The position numbers and the translations under genes were made by a program. Positions 36,623 to 50,429 of a stretch of DNA of 64,000 nt are shown piece after piece. Source of the DNA: Stenotrophomonas sp. (GTDB taxonomy: Bacteria; Pseudomonadota; Gammaproteobacteria; Xanthomonadales; Xanthomonadaceae). Below the pieces are notes generated by a model. It saw only the letters and a program-made list of their open reading frames with translations. It did not search any database and was not told the DNA's origin. The stretch covers positions 37,472 through 101,471 of the forward strand of contig NZ_DAMCID010000016.1 of assembly GCF_032099025.1 (NCBI RefSeq), in the 5' to 3' direction. Numbering within the stretch: position 1 is the stretch's first letter; each line of letters opens with the position of its first letter.

Positions 36623-39154
36623 CTAACGCTGCGTCTTCGGCAACGCGTACGCCATCACGTAATCGCCCGGTGGCGTTTCCATGAAGTGGTGGCCGCCGGC
36701 CATGATCACCACGTATTGTCGGCCCTGGTATTCGTAGACCATCGGGTTCGCCTGGCCGCCCGCGGGCAGTCTGGCGTGCCAGAGCTCCTTGCCGGTCTTG
36801 AGGTCGATCGCGCGCAGCAGGTCGTCGGTGGCGGCGGCGATGAAGATCAGGCCGCTGGCGGTGATCGCGGAACCACCATTGTTGGGCGTGCCGATTTCGA
36901 TCGGCAGGCCCGAACGGATGCCGAACGGGCCGTTGCCGCGTGCGCTGCCGAACGGGCGGTCCCAGAGCAGTTCACCGCTGCGCAGGTCGATGGCGCGGAT
37001 GCCGCCATAGGGCGGCTGCTTGCACAGCAGCCGGGTGAAGGGCAGCCGCCAGCCGGCGTTGACATCGATGCCGTATGGCGTGCCGGTCTGCGGATCCCCT
37101 GCCCCCTCTGCACCGCCACGGTCGGCGCGCACCAGTTCGCGGGGGACCCAGCCCTTGCGATCCGCTTCGGCGCGCGGCACCAGCCGGTTGTAGTTGGGCA
37201 TGTCGTTGTAATTGGCCACGATCACGCCGTGGCGCGGGTCCACCGCGACCCCACCCCAGTCCGAACCGCCGTTGTAACCGGGATATTCAATCGAATGGCG
37301 GTCGGCGGTGGGCGGTGTGTAGAAGCCTTCGTAACTGGCCTTGCGGAACTGGATGCGACACACCAGCTGGTCGATCGGGGTGATGCCCCACATGTCGCGC
37401 TCGGTCAGGTCGGGCCTGCGCAGGGTGTGGTACAGCGAGAACAGCTGGATGGGCGAACGCTGGTCAGGCTCGACACCGCCGCCCGGCACCCTGCGCTCCT
37501 CGGCAGGGGTGAGCAGCTGGCCGGTACGCCGGTCCAGGACGTACAGGTCGCCCTGCTTGGTGGGCAGCAGGATCGCAGGCACCTTGCCCGCGGCGGTGGG
37601 GTAATCGACCAGCGTGGCCTGCGAGCCCAGGTCGTAGTCCCAGACGTCCTTGCGCACTGCCTGGAAGTGCCATGCCGGCTTGCCAGTGGTCACATCCAGC
37701 GCCACCAGCGAGGTGGCGTAGCGGTTCTGGTTGTCCGTGCGCGAGCCGCTCCAGTAGTCGCCCGCCGAATTGCCCATCGGCAGGTAGACCAGGCCCAGCT
37801 GCTCATCACCGGTTGCGGTGGTCCACATGTTCGGCGTGCCGCGTGTATAGGTCTTGCCCTGCGGCGGCAGGCCGCTGCGCTCGGGCGCGTCCATGTCCCA
37901 CGCCCAGCGCAGCTTGCCTGTCTGCGCGTCGTAGGCCTGGATCACGCCGGACGGCGCATCGCGACGCTGGCCGTCCAGCACCTGGTGGCCGGTCACGATC
38001 ACGCCGCGCACGATCGCCGGCGGTGCGGTGATCGATACATACCCCGGCGGCGCCTCGCCCATCCCCAGGGTGATGTCGACCTGGCCGTTGTTGCCGAATC
38101 CCGGGCACGGCCGGCCGGTGGCGGCGTCGACCGCGATCAGGCGTCCGTCCAGCGTGCCTTCGATGATGCGTGCGGCGCACAGCGCGCGATTGCCCGCCGC
38201 CAGCGAACGCGTGCTCACGCTGGGCGGTGGCTCGGGCAGGGCCAGGTCGGCGGCGACGTCGGCCAGTACCGGGTCCACCTGCGGCACTCCGGGCACTTCG
38301 TAATAGGCCACGCCGCGGCAGGCGGCCGTATAGGGAATGGAGGCGTCGCGGACCTTGGGATCGAAGCGCCAGCGCTCCTTGCCGGTCGCCGCGTCCAACG
38401 CGATCAGCTGGTTGCGCGCGGTGCACAGGTACAGGCTGTCGCCGACCTTGAGCGGCGTGGTCTCGGCCCCCCAGCGCTTCTTCGGCAGGTCGCCGGTGCG
38501 GAACTGCCACGCCAGTTCCAGCTCGCCCACGTTGGCCGGGGTGATCTGCTGCAGCGGCGAGTAGCGCGTGGCGGCATTGCTGCGGCCCCACGCGGTCCAG
38601 TCGCCGGCGGCCGGTTCGTCGGCCGGTTGCGGGCTGGCCTCGCGGGTCGGCGCCAGACCGGCGCTCGCCGTGCTGTCCGGAAACGGCTGCGCGCCCGCCA
38701 CCGCACCATGCGGGACGAACGCCAGGGTGAAGGCCACCGCGAACAACAGCCCCAAGATGGCGGCCAAGGTACGCGAGAGACGCTTCCGCACCGGTGTGCG
38801 CAGGGTGGGCAGCAGCAGTGCGAGGACGAACCCCAAGGCGGTCACCACCCCGAGTCTCGGCACCCAGCGCCAGTAGTCGCTGCCCGATTCCCACCAGGTC
38901 CAGACCAGCGTGCCGGCGAACACCAGCAGGTACATCCACGCGCCGCTGCGGCGGTTGCCCCACAGCAGCACGCCGGACACCAACAGCCCTGCCCCCGCCA
39001 GCACGTAGTACCAGGAGCCGCCCAGCTGCGCCAACCAGGCGCCCAAGCCGCCCAGCACCCCGCCGAGCAGGAGCAGGATCAGGGCAAGCACGGTGATGAG
39101 CGGGTGGCGCGCGGGCACCCCCACGGTCGGATCGGACGACGCTGCTGCGGACAT
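36623..39154 (-). CDS. Membrane-bound PQQ-dependent dehydrogenase (glucose/quinate/shikimate family)
   Basis: N-terminal multi-TM region, W..WGR...ATRYSPL.QI, CRGV, WDYD, ANPMVY; gcd-like. Confidence 0.93.
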   Translation of the reverse strand: MSAAASSDPTVGVPARHPLITVLALILLLLGGVLGGLGAWLAQLGGSWYYVLAGAGLLVSGVLLWGNRRSGAWMYLLVFAGTLVWTWWESGSDYWRWVPRLGVVTALGFVLALLLPTLRTPVRKRLSRTLAAILGLLFAVAFTLAFVPHGAVAGAQPFPDSTASAGLAPTREASPQPADEPAAGDWTAWGRSNAATRYSPLQQITPANVGELELAWQFRTGDLPKKRWGAETTPLKVGDSLYLCTARNQLIALDAATGKERWRFDPKVRDASIPYTAACRGVAYYEVPGVPQVDPVLADVAADLALPEPPPSVSTRSLAAGNRALCAARIIEGTLDGRLIAVDAATGRPCPGFGNNGQVDITLGMGEAPPGYVSITAPPAIVRGVIVTGHQVLDGQRRDAPSGVIQAYDAQTGKLRWAWDMDAPERSGLPPQGKTYTRGTPNMWTTATGDEQLGLVYLPMGNSAGDYWSGSRTDNQNRYATSLVALDVTTGKPAWHFQAVRKDVWDYDLGSQATLVDYPTAAGKVPAILLPTKQGDLYVLDRRTGQLLTPAEERRVPGGGVEPDQRSPIQLFSLYHTLRRPDLTERDMWGITPIDQLVCRIQFRKASYEGFYTPPTADRHSIEYPGYNGGSDWGGVAVDPRHGVIVANYNDMPNYNRLVPRAEADRKGWVPRELVRADRGGAEGAGDPQTGTPYGIDVNAGWRLPFTRLLCKQPPYGGIRAIDLRSGELLWDRPFGSARGNGPFGIRSGLPIEIGTPNNGGSAITASGLIFIAAATDDLLRAIDLKTGKELWHARLPAGGQANPMVYEYQGRQYVVIMAGGHHFMETPPGDYVMAYALPKTQR

Positions 39155-39268
39155 CGGTGGTCTCCCCGGTACGGCAGAACCATGGCCGGCCTCCCCCGTC
39201 GGCCGCTTACGCCGCTTATGCCAGTGCGGGTGTGAATGCCGCGCGTTTTTTGTGGCGGCAATCCGGGA

Positions 39269-39324
39269 GCCGGCCAGCGGCCGGCACTACGGATCGGTGC
39301 TAGCCGGCCAGCGGCCGGCACTAC
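39269..39324 (-). repeat. Two direct REP copies (GTAGTGCCGGCCGCTGGCCGGC)
   Basis: Identical 22-mers at 39269-39290 and 39303-39324; the common Stenotrophomonas SMAG type. Confidence 0.88.
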
Positions 39325-39362
39325 CCGTTGGGCGCCGCGCGGTTTGGTGCGCGGCGTGAAAC

Positions 39363-39393
39363 GAACAACGCCGGCACAGGGCCGGCGTTGTTC
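39363..39393 (-). terminator. Probable gyrA terminator hairpin
   Basis: GAACAACGCCGGC/GCCGGCGTTGTTC 13-bp stem just past the gyrA stop. Confidence 0.6.
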
Positions 39394-39413
39394 GCGGGTA
39401 CCGCAGGCGTGGA

Positions 39414-42128
39414 TCAGCCCTGCGGTGTGTCGTCACCGACGGCCGGTGCGGGGGCGGCGTCGACCGGCGTCACCGCCGCTTCAACCTCGTCCTCGCCCTC
39501 GTCGATGGAGGCATCCATCCGCTCCACCGCCTGCAGCTTCTCGTCCTTGGACAGGCGGATCAGGGTCACGCCCTGGGTGTTGCGACCCACGCGCGAGATT
39601 TCCGAGCCACGGGTACGCACCAGGGTGCCGCCGTCGGAGATCAGCAGGACCTCGTCGCGCGAGCCCATCAACACCGCGCTCACCAGCTTGCCGTTGCGCT
39701 CGGTGGTCTGGATGCCGATGACGCCCTGGGTGCCACGTCCCTTGCGCGGGTAATCCGGCAGCGGGGTGCGCTTGCCGTAGCCGTTCTCGGTGGCGGTCAG
39801 GATGTACAGCATGCTGTCGTCGTCACCGGCCTCGATCACGGCATCACCGTTCTCGACCACCGCTTCCTCGACCTGCACGTCGTCTTCGCTCTCGTCATCG
39901 CTGCCGCCGGCACGCTCGGCCACGATCAGGCTGACGACTTCCTCGCCCTTGGGCATCTTGATGCCACGCACGCCGGTAGCGGTACGGCCCATCGAACGAA
40001 CCCGATCCTCGCCGAAGCGAACGGTCTTGCCGTTGGAGGCGAACAGCATGATGTCGCGGTCGCCGTCGGTCAGGCCAACGCCAACCAGCGCGTCGCCCTC
40101 ATCGAGGTTGATGGCGATCTTGCCGCGCGCCAGACGGAACGCGAACTCGCTGAGCGGGGTCTTCTTGACCGTGCCGTTGCGGGTGGCAAAGAACACGAAC
40201 TGGCCTTCGGCGTACTCGCGCACCGGCAGCACGGCCTGCACCCGCTCACCGGATTCCAGCGGAATCCAGTTGATGATCGGGCGCCCGCGCGCGTTGGAAC
40301 CGGCTTCGGGCAACTGGTGCACCGGCAGCCAGAACACCTTGCCCGAGCTGGTGAAGGTCAGCAGCGTGTCATGCGTGTTGACCAGCCACAGCTGTTCGAT
40401 GAAGTCCTCTTCCTTGGTCGACGCCGCGCTGCGGCCACGGCCGCCACGGCGCTGTGCGCGGTAGGCACTGACCGGCTGGCGCTTGACGTAGCCGGCGTGC
40501 GACACGGTGACCACCACGTCTTCCGGGGCGATCAGGTCGAGGATGTCCAGGTCTTCTTCGCTGTGGCGGATCTCGGTGCGGCGCTCGTCGCCGAACTCGG
40601 TACGCACGTTGACCAGCTCTTCGCGGATGACCTCACGCAGGCGGTCCGGATCTTCCAGGATGTGGATCAGCCCGGCGATGGTTTCCAGCAGCAGCTTGTA
40701 CTCTTCGGTCAGGCGGTCCTGCTCCAGCCCGGTGAGGCGGTGCAGGCGCATTTCCAGGATCTGGGTCGCCTGGATCTCGGTCAGCTGGTAGCCGCCGGCA
40801 AGCAGGCCCACGCCCTTGGGCAGGTCTTCCGGACGCGAGGTCTCGGCGCCGGCAGCGCCCAGCATCGAACCGACCAGGCCCGGCTCCCACAGACGGGCGA
40901 GCATGCGTTCGCGCGCCTCGGTGGGATTGGGCGAGGTCTTGATCAGCTCGATCATCTCGTCGATGTTGGCCAGCGCGACGGTCAGGCCTTCGAGCACGTG
41001 GGCACGGGCACGCGCCTTGCGCAGCTCGAACACGGTGCGGCGGGTGACCACTTCGCGGCGGTGGCGCACGAAGGCCTCGAGCATCTGCTTGAGGTTCATC
41101 AACTGCGGGCGGCCATCGACCAGCGCCACCATGTTGATGCCGAACACCGACTCCATCTGGGTCTGCTGGTAGAGGTTGTTCAGGACAACATCGGCCGACT
41201 CGCCACGCTTGATTTCGATGTAGATGCGCATGCCGTCCTTGTCGGACTCATCGCGCAGCTCGCTGATGCCTTCGAGCTTCTTTTCCTTGACCAGCTCGGC
41301 GATCTTCTCGATCAACCGGGCCTTGTTCACCTGGTACGGGATCTCGGTGACGATGATCGATTCGCGGCCGTTGTCGGCCACTTCGATATCGGCCTTGGCG
41401 CGGATCCGCACCCGGCCACGGCCGGTGCGGTAACCGGCGACGATGCCGGCCGTACCGTTGATGATGCCCGCGGTCGGGAAGTCCGGGCCCGGGATGTATT
41501 CCATCAGGCCGTCGACATCGATGTCCGGGGTGTCGATCAACGCGATGCAGGCGTTGATCGATTCGGTCAGGTTGTGCGGCGGAATGTTGGTCGCCATGCC
41601 CACGGCGATACCGGCCGAACCGTTGACCAGCAGGTTCGGGAACCGGGTCGGCATGACCGTCGGCTCCAGTTCCTTCTCGTCGTAGTTGGGCTGGAAGTCG
41701 ACGGTTTCCTTGTCGATGTCCGCCATCAGCTCATGGGTGAGCCTGGACATGCGGGCTTCGGTGTAACGCATGGCGGCGGCGGAGTCGCCGTCGACCGAAC
41801 CGAAGTTACCCTGGCCATCGACCAGCATGTAGCGCAGCGAGAACGGCTGTGCCAGACGCACCAGCGTGTCGTACACCGACTGATCGCCATGCGGGTGGTA
41901 CTTGCCGATGACGTCACCGACGATACGCGCCGATTTGAAGTAAGGCTTGTTGCTGTGCGCGTTCAACTCACTCATTGCGAACAGCACGCGGCGATGCACC
42001 GGCTTTAGGCCATCGCGCGCATCCGGGAGGGCGCGGCCCACGATCACGCTCATGGCGTAATCGAGGTAGCTCTTGCGCATCTCGTCTTCCAGGTTGACCT
42101 GGATGATTTCCTTGGCGGTTTCTGCCAT
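39414..42128 (-). CDS. gyrA: DNA gyrase subunit A
   Basis: [15 protein letters not shown], GyrA box QRRGGRG, pinwheel repeats. Confidence 0.99.
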   Translation of the reverse strand: MAETAKEIIQVNLEDEMRKSYLDYAMSVIVGRALPDARDGLKPVHRRVLFAMSELNAHSNKPYFKSARIVGDVIGKYHPHGDQSVYDTLVRLAQPFSLRYMLVDGQGNFGSVDGDSAAAMRYTEARMSRLTHELMADIDKETVDFQPNYDEKELEPTVMPTRFPNLLVNGSAGIAVGMATNIPPHNLTESINACIALIDTPDIDVDGLMEYIPGPDFPTAGIINGTAGIVAGYRTGRGRVRIRAKADIEVADNGRESIIVTEIPYQVNKARLIEKIAELVKEKKLEGISELRDESDKDGMRIYIEIKRGESADVVLNNLYQQTQMESVFGINMVALVDGRPQLMNLKQMLEAFVRHRREVVTRRTVFELRKARARAHVLEGLTVALANIDEMIELIKTSPNPTEARERMLARLWEPGLVGSMLGAAGAETSRPEDLPKGVGLLAGGYQLTEIQATQILEMRLHRLTGLEQDRLTEEYKLLLETIAGLIHILEDPDRLREVIREELVNVRTEFGDERRTEIRHSEEDLDILDLIAPEDVVVTVSHAGYVKRQPVSAYRAQRRGGRGRSAASTKEEDFIEQLWLVNTHDTLLTFTSSGKVFWLPVHQLPEAGSNARGRPIINWIPLESGERVQAVLPVREYAEGQFVFFATRNGTVKKTPLSEFAFRLARGKIAINLDEGDALVGVGLTDGDRDIMLFASNGKTVRFGEDRVRSMGRTATGVRGIKMPKGEEVVSLIVAERAGGSDDESEDDVQVEEAVVENGDAVIEAGDDDSMLYILTATENGYGKRTPLPDYPRKGRGTQGVIGIQTTERNGKLVSAVLMGSRDEVLLISDGGTLVRTRGSEISRVGRNTQGVTLIRLSKDEKLQAVERMDASIDEGEDEVEAAVTPVDAAPAPAVGDDTPQG

Positions 42129-42277
42129 TCGGGTTCCGTTGTCTGGTAGCGGTCCAGTCCGTCGCGCCAGCCCTTTCGGGGCGGTTGCGCCGGAATCTCG
42201 ATTAACTGACGGAGTCTACCATAACGGGGGCCTTTCCGCCCGTTTTTACGCCGGTTTTACCGGCGAGAATCAGGCAC

Positions 42278-43351
42278 TTACGAGGGGTTGGAGCCGAATG
42301 CGGCCTGCATGTTGGTGGTGTTCGGGCTCAGGATCACGCCCTTCTCGGTCACGATGGCATCGATCAGCTCGCCCGGGGTGACGTCGAAGACCGGATTCCA
42401 GGCGGCAATGCCTTCGGCCACGGTGCGGGTGCCGCCCACGCCGTACAGCTCGCCCGGGTCGCGCTGCTCGATCTCGATCTGGTCGCCGTTGGCCGTGTCC
42501 ATGTCCACCGTGGACGAGGGGGCCACCACCATGAACTTCACGCCGTGGTGGCGGGCAGCGATGGCCAGCTGGTAGGTGCCGATCTTGTTGGCCGTATCGC
42601 CGTTGGCGCAGATCCGGTCCGCGCCGACGATCACCCACTGCACCGCACCGGTCTTCATCAGGTGCGAGGCGGCCGAGTCGGCGATCAGGGTGGCATCGAT
42701 ACCGTCCTGCTGCAGTTCCCACACGGTCAGCCGCGCGCCCTGCAGCCACGGCCGGGTCTCACCGGCGAAGACGCGCCCGATGCGGTGCTGGGCCATGCCC
42801 GCACGGATCACGCCCAGCGCGGTGCCGAAACCGGCGGTGGCCAGCGAGCCGGTGTTGCAATGGGTCAGCACACCGCTGCCGGTGTCGATCAGGCCGGCGC
42901 CCAGCGCGCCCATGTGGCGGTTGGCCGCCAGGTCTTCTTCGGCGATCGCCTGCGCTTCGTCGGCCAGCACCTGGGCCCAGTCGGCCCCGGCCGGCGCCAG
43001 CGCACGGCGCATGCGGGCCAGTGCCCAGGCCAGGTTGACGGCGGTGGGACGCGAGGCGTTCAGGCGCTGCAGCGCGGGTTCCAGCTTGGCCAGCGCCTGC
43101 GCGCCGTCCTCGGCCTGCACGCCCTGCGCGGCCAGCACGACGCCCCAGGCCGCGGCGATGCCGATGGCCGGTGCACCGCGCACGGTCAGCGCATGGATGG
43201 CCTCGGCCACCGCGTCGCTGTCGCGGCATTCCACATGTTCCACCACGAACGGCAGCTTGCGCTGGTCGAGCAGCTGCAGGGAATCACCGGTCCACAGGAT
43301 CGGACGGATGTGGTCGTAGCGGGCGTAGTCGATTTCGGAGGATGCGTTCAT
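42278..43351 (-). CDS. mtnA: Methylthioribose-1-phosphate isomerase
   Basis: [44 protein letters not shown]. Confidence 0.96.
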   Translation of the reverse strand: MNASSEIDYARYDHIRPILWTGDSLQLLDQRKLPFVVEHVECRDSDAVAEAIHALTVRGAPAIGIAAAWGVVLAAQGVQAEDGAQALAKLEPALQRLNASRPTAVNLAWALARMRRALAPAGADWAQVLADEAQAIAEEDLAANRHMGALGAGLIDTGSGVLTHCNTGSLATAGFGTALGVIRAGMAQHRIGRVFAGETRPWLQGARLTVWELQQDGIDATLIADSAASHLMKTGAVQWVIVGADRICANGDTANKIGTYQLAIAARHHGVKFMVVAPSSTVDMDTANGDQIEIEQRDPGELYGVGGTRTVAEGIAAWNPVFDVTPGELIDAIVTEKGVILSPNTTNMQAAFGSNPS

Positions 43352-43406
43352 CCCCCAATTGTAGAGCCACGTCCTGCGTGGCTGCGACCTTCCCGCGCCT
43401 GGGCCG

Positions 43407-44180
43407 TCAATTCACCTGGAATTCGGCGCGACAGCCGTTGTCCACCCAGACCCCACGCGCGTCCCAACCCCAGCCGCGACCTTCCTCGCAGGGGCTGCCG
43501 GAGAGCTGCTTGGACAGCCGCGCGCCCTTGCTGATGCTGGCACCGCAGAAGCGGCGCTGGCGGGACTTGGATTCGCATACCAGCAGGCGCGGGGCGTCGA
43601 CGAAGCCGCTGCCGTCGACGGCGCCCACCTCGAAGTCGCCCTGGCAGCCCCGGGTCACCCAGACTTCGTTGCGGCGCGCGCCCCAGCTGTGGCCTTCGCG
43701 GCATGGCATGGCCGAGAGCTGGCGCAACAGCCGGACCGGTGCGCCCTGCAGCACCACGGGGCAGTTCTGCGGGCGTCCGCTGGATTCGCAGCGGACCACC
43801 CGGCGCACTTTGCGTTCGCCGGTGCCGGCGGTGCCGGCGGGCGTACGGCTGCGGAACTCGGCCCGGCAGCCCAGGGTCACCCACACCCCGGAACGATCGG
43901 TGCCCCACTCCGAGCCGCGCACGCAGCTGTTGTCGGACAGCTGGCGCACCAGGTCGACGCCATTGGCGACCGGCATGTCGCAGTGCACCCATTCCATGTC
44001 ACGCGACTGGCAACGGACGACCTGGCCGGCGTAGCCGGTCTCGGCCCACGCCAGCGATGGGAGTGCGCCGGCACACAAGGCCAGGCCAAGCATCGACAGC
44101 GTCCAGCGCGCGGCGCCCAGGCGCGGCATGCGCCACCTCGGCAGCGAAGGCGACGGTCCTGCAGGTTCCAACAGCTTCAT
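43407..44180 (-). CDS. DUF3011-like Cys-repeat exported protein
   Basis: Three repeats of C.S...C...L..QLS...C..G..WG....VWV..GC...F; start uncertain. Confidence 0.75.
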   Translation of the reverse strand: MKLLEPAGPSPSLPRWRMPRLGAARWTLSMLGLALCAGALPSLAWAETGYAGQVVRCQSRDMEWVHCDMPVANGVDLVRQLSDNSCVRGSEWGTDRSGVWVTLGCRAEFRSRTPAGTAGTGERKVRRVVRCESSGRPQNCPVVLQGAPVRLLRQLSAMPCREGHSWGARRNEVWVTRGCQGDFEVGAVDGSGFVDAPRLLVCESKSRQRRFCGASISKGARLSKQLSGSPCEEGRGWGWDARGVWVDNGCRAEFQVN

Positions 44181-44294
44181 CAACACGGTCCCCGCCGCCA
44201 CTGAACGATCACGTCGCCACCTTCCAACATCGGGTGTGATCAGAGCATCATCATGCGCAGCGCGCAAGACATCGGCGTCGCGAATGAACGTCGT

Positions 44295-45239
44295 TCAGGC
44301 GTGGGCGAAGTCGAATGCAAGTACGTCGGCGATGCGGCCGGTGCGGTTCATCGCCATCAGCAACCGGTCCACGCCCACCGCCACGCCGGCGCAGGCGGGC
44401 AGTGCCGGCAACGCGTCGAGCAGGCGTTCATCCAGCGGCGGCAGGACCGCGCCACGTGCACGCCTCACGGCATGGTCACGCAGGAAGCGGGTGCGCTGTT
44501 CATCTGCGTCGTTCAGTTCGTGATAGCCGTTGGCCAGCTCCACCGTGCCCAGGTACAACTCGAAGCGCTCGGCCAGTGGCGGGGTGCCGGGACGGATGCG
44601 GGCCAGTGCGGCCTGGCTGGCCGGCCAGTCGTGCACCACCGTCATGCTGTCGTCACCGAAGTGCGGCTGGATGCAGTGGGTCATGAGCAGGTCGAGCCAG
44701 TCGTCGCGGGTCAGCCCATCGGCGTCGATGCGCACGTCCGCCAGCGGTGCCTGCAGCTGCTCGATACCGGCCTCGAACGGGTCCAGCCCCACGTACTGCT
44801 GGTACAGGCTGCGGTAGTCGAGCACCCGCAAGGTCGCCTCGCGCTGCACCAGTGCCAACGCGTCGCGCACCAGCGCCACCGTCTCGTCGATCAGGCGGTG
44901 GTGGTCCCAGCCCACTCGGTACCACTCCAGCATGGTGAACTCGGGATTGTGGCGACCGCCGGCCTCGCCGTTGCGGAACACCCGGCCGAGTTCGTAGCAG
45001 TCGCCCACGCCGGCGGCCAGCAGCCGTTTGAGCGGGTATTCCGGGGACGTACGCAGCCAGCGCTGTGCGCTGCCGGCGTCCACATGGCCGCTGAAGCGGG
45101 TGTGGAAGCTGTCGATGTTGGGTTCGGTGTTGCCGGCGGCGGAGAGTATCGGCGTCTCCACTTCCAGCACGTCGCGCTCGGCGAAGAAGGCGCGGATCAG
45201 CGCGTTGAGCGCGGCACGCTGGCGCAGCGCGGCGATCAC
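44295..45239 (-). CDS. epmA: EF-P lysine aminoacylase (GenX/PoxA)
   Basis: LEVETP, LRTSPE, FRNGE.G.RHNPEFTMLEWY, ELANGY.EL, GVDRLLM; GTG start overlaps the GNAT stop. Confidence 0.93.
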   Translation of the reverse strand: MIAALRQRAALNALIRAFFAERDVLEVETPILSAAGNTEPNIDSFHTRFSGHVDAGSAQRWLRTSPEYPLKRLLAAGVGDCYELGRVFRNGEAGGRHNPEFTMLEWYRVGWDHHRLIDETVALVRDALALVQREATLRVLDYRSLYQQYVGLDPFEAGIEQLQAPLADVRIDADGLTRDDWLDLLMTHCIQPHFGDDSMTVVHDWPASQAALARIRPGTPPLAERFELYLGTVELANGYHELNDADEQRTRFLRDHAVRRARGAVLPPLDERLLDALPALPACAGVAVGVDRLLMAMNRTGRIADVLAFDFAHA

Positions 45240-45721
45240 GCGCGCGCGTCCCGCATGCGCTTCTCCAGCTGCAGGGTGAGCAGGCTGCGGGTGTCGTCCA
45301 CGTAGCCGGTGGCCAGGTACAGGCGGCGCGCCAGTTCGTTGTGGTGGTTCACTTCCAGGCGCATGCGCTCCACCCCGCGCGCATTGGCGCGCTGCTCCAG
45401 GATGGCCAGCGCCTGCTTGCCGCGGCCACGGCCGCGTGCGGCGTGGCTGAGGTACAACTCGTCGAGCAGCGCGAAGTGGCCGCCCTGCTCCAGGCTGAAG
45501 CCCATGGCCAGCGCGGCATGCCCCACCACCTCGCCGGTCTCGGACAACCACAGCAGCACCTCGCCGTTGCGCGGGTCTTCGAGCAGCGCGGCCAGTGCGC
45601 GGCGCACGCGCGCTTCGTCGAAGTCCAGCTGGTCCTCGGCGTAGAACGCGCGCATCAGGCCGATAACCAGTTCAGTGTCGGCGACGGTGGCGAGGCGGAA
45701 ATCGAGGGGGGAGGTCTGCAT
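45236..45721 (-). CDS. GNAT family N-acetyltransferase
   Basis: LDELYLSHAARGRGRGK acetyl-CoA motif, LEVNHHN..ARRLY...GY. Confidence 0.88.
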   Translation of the reverse strand: MQTSPLDFRLATVADTELVIGLMRAFYAEDQLDFDEARVRRALAALLEDPRNGEVLLWLSETGEVVGHAALAMGFSLEQGGHFALLDELYLSHAARGRGRGKQALAILEQRANARGVERMRLEVNHHNELARRLYLATGYVDDTRSLLTLQLEKRMRDARA

Positions 45722-45807
45722 GCTGTTTCCATCCGGTGGGTGGGGTCTGCGTGGGCCGGCCAACCGCCGCCGCCAGCGCGTAATGACCCCTCAAGGGGTA
45801 CCGCGCG

Positions 45808-48303
<2,496 letters not shown>

Positions 48304-48475
48304 TTAGGCGCTGCGGCGGCCAGCGGCCACCCGCTGAGGTGACGGCGGCGCCGGGCAACCACACCGCCCCTGCCGATGGTGGCGACGACGACGGCACGCC
48401 TGCGCGCGGGTGGCTTGCCGGCCGGGCGGCGTGGCGCTAGCGTGCAGGCATTGTCCCGCCTCCGGTGTTCCCGCG

Positions 48476-49612
48476 ATGTCATCGCACCTGCCGTCCCGCC
48501 GCACCTTCCTGCACCTGGCCGGCACCGGCCTGGCCCTGTCCGGCATCGGCCTGGTGCCGGCGACGTCAACCGCCGTGGCGTCGCCCTCCGCGCCACCCCG
48601 GGCGACCGGCCCGGTGCTGCTCAATTTCAATGAAAGCCCGTATGGCCCTGCCCCCGCCGCGCAGGCGGCCGCGCGCGCGATCGTCGCCGACAGCGGCCGC
48701 TACCTGTTCGCGCTGGCCGGCGAACTGCGCGATGTGTTTGCCGCGCAGGAAGGGATCGGCACGGACCGCGTGCGGCTGTTCCCCGGCTCCAGCGAGCCAC
48801 TGAACCGGGCCGCCGTGGTGTGGACCTCGGCTACCGCCGGACTGGTGGTGGCCGACCCGACCTTCGAGAGCCTCGGTGACCTGGCCGCCGCGCGCGGTGC
48901 CACTGTCGCGCGCGTGCCGCTGACGGCCGATGGCGCCCACGATGTCCGCGCGATGGTGGACGCTGCCGCGCGCATCAACGCCGGCCTGTTGTATCTGTGC
49001 AATCCGAACAACCCCACCGGTTCGATCACCCCGGACGCCGACATCGCCTGGCTGCTGGCGCACAAACCGGCGCAGACGCGGGTGCTGGTCGATGAGGCCT
49101 ACCTGCAGTTCAGTGCGCAACCGTCGGTGATCGCGCAGGTGATGCAGCGCGACGACCTGATCGTGCTGCGCACGTTCTCCAAGCTGTACGGCATGGCCGG
49201 GCTGCGGCTGGGCGTGGCCGCCGCGCACCCGGACCGGCTGCGCGAACTGGCCAGCCTGGGCGACAACCCGTTGCCGGTCACGGCGCTGGCCGCCGGTTTG
49301 GCCAGCCTGCGCGAGCCTGGCCTGGTGGCGCAGCGGCGCGAACAGAACGCCAGCGTGCGCCAGGCCACGGTGGAATGGCTGCGCAAGCGCGGCTTCCGCT
49401 GCGTGCCGTCCGAAGCGAACTGTTTCATGGTCGACGTACAGCGCGACGGTGCGGCGTTCACGGCCGCCATGGCCGAACGCGGCGTAGTGATCGGCCGCAG
49501 CTGGCCGATCTGGCCCAAGGTAGTGCGCGTCACCGTCGGCACCGAAGCCGAGATGGCCGCCTTCCGCACGGCGTTCGCGGCGATCACAGGCGCGCCAACG
49601 GCGCAGGGTTAA
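48476..49612 (+). CDS. HisC-like class I/II PLP aminotransferase with a Tat signal
   Basis: SRRTFL twin-arginine leader; NESPYG, CNPNNPTG, DEAY, RTFSKLYGMAGLRLG. Confidence 0.88.
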   Translation: MSSHLPSRRTFLHLAGTGLALSGIGLVPATSTAVASPSAPPRATGPVLLNFNESPYGPAPAAQAAARAIVADSGRYLFALAGELRDVFAAQEGIGTDRVRLFPGSSEPLNRAAVVWTSATAGLVVADPTFESLGDLAAARGATVARVPLTADGAHDVRAMVDAAARINAGLLYLCNPNNPTGSITPDADIAWLLAHKPAQTRVLVDEAYLQFSAQPSVIAQVMQRDDLIVLRTFSKLYGMAGLRLGVAAAHPDRLRELASLGDNPLPVTALAAGLASLREPGLVAQRREQNASVRQATVEWLRKRGFRCVPSEANCFMVDVQRDGAAFTAAMAERGVVIGRSWPIWPKVVRVTVGTEAEMAAFRTAFAAITGAPTAQG

Positions 49613-49654
49613 GGTGGAATGCGCGGGCCGCCCGTCGAACGCGTCGCGTTGGCT

Positions 49655-50386
49655 TCACCAACGCGGGGCTTTCGTAAGTGGCGGCGCCTGGTGCTGGCGG
49701 TCATACGCGCGCAGCTCGTCGCGGATGTGCGCGACCCGCTGGCGGCCGAGCGAGGCGCGGCTGTCGTCGAGGACGATGCCGTTCAACAGCTCGGCCATGC
49801 GCTCCACGGTCGGCAGCATCTTTTCCCACGCGTCCAGCGCGGTCAGCGGCGCCGGCAGGGTCAGGAAGAAGGCGATCGCCGGGGTCTCCATCTCACGGAT
49901 GTTGGCCATGTCGAAACTGCCCGGCTTCATGATGCTGGCCATGGAGAAGATCGGGCCGCGCTCGGGATGCCCTTCCACCAGGCGGTGGAACACGTTCATG
50001 TGGCCGAACACCAGGCCGGTCTTCTCGGCGGCGACGACGATGTCTTCGCCGCGCAGCTGCTCGCCGGCGCGGGCCGCCACGAACAGCGACACGATCTTGT
50101 CGAAATCCTGCGTGGCGCGCTTGCCCAGGTCGCTGACCGGGGCGTCCACGTCGGGCAGGCCCAGTTCGGGCTGCGAGACGCCGTCGTCGCGGCTGGCCGT
50201 GCCGTCGGCGCCGGGGGCCTCCCCGTCGCCCAGCATCGGCTCACGCCGCTGGCCGGTGCTGTTCTCCGCGCCTTCCAGGCGACGGCCCTGCGATTTCTTC
50301 TTCGGACGGCCAAACAGGAAGATCGCGGCAATCAACAGCAGGCCGGCGGCCAGGATGCCGATGCGGAGCAGTGCCATGTCGGACAT
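49655..50386 (-). CDS. zipA: Cell division protein ZipA
   Basis: N-terminal TM helix, FtsZ-binding domain (FSMASIMKPGSF), position between smc and ligA. Confidence 0.9.
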   Translation of the reverse strand: MSDMALLRIGILAAGLLLIAAIFLFGRPKKKSQGRRLEGAENSTGQRREPMLGDGEAPGADGTASRDDGVSQPELGLPDVDAPVSDLGKRATQDFDKIVSLFVAARAGEQLRGEDIVVAAEKTGLVFGHMNVFHRLVEGHPERGPIFSMASIMKPGSFDMANIREMETPAIAFFLTLPAPLTALDAWEKMLPTVERMAELLNGIVLDDSRASLGRQRVAHIRDELRAYDRQHQAPPLTKAPRW

Positions 50387-50429
50387 TCGGGGGGTCTCCG
50401 GCTAAATACATTCAGGTAAGCATGGCACG

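Noticed and set aside
39840..39910. Acidic insert in the GyrA C-terminal domain
   Set aside because: In frame and low complexity, consistent with a variable loop rather than a mobile insertion.
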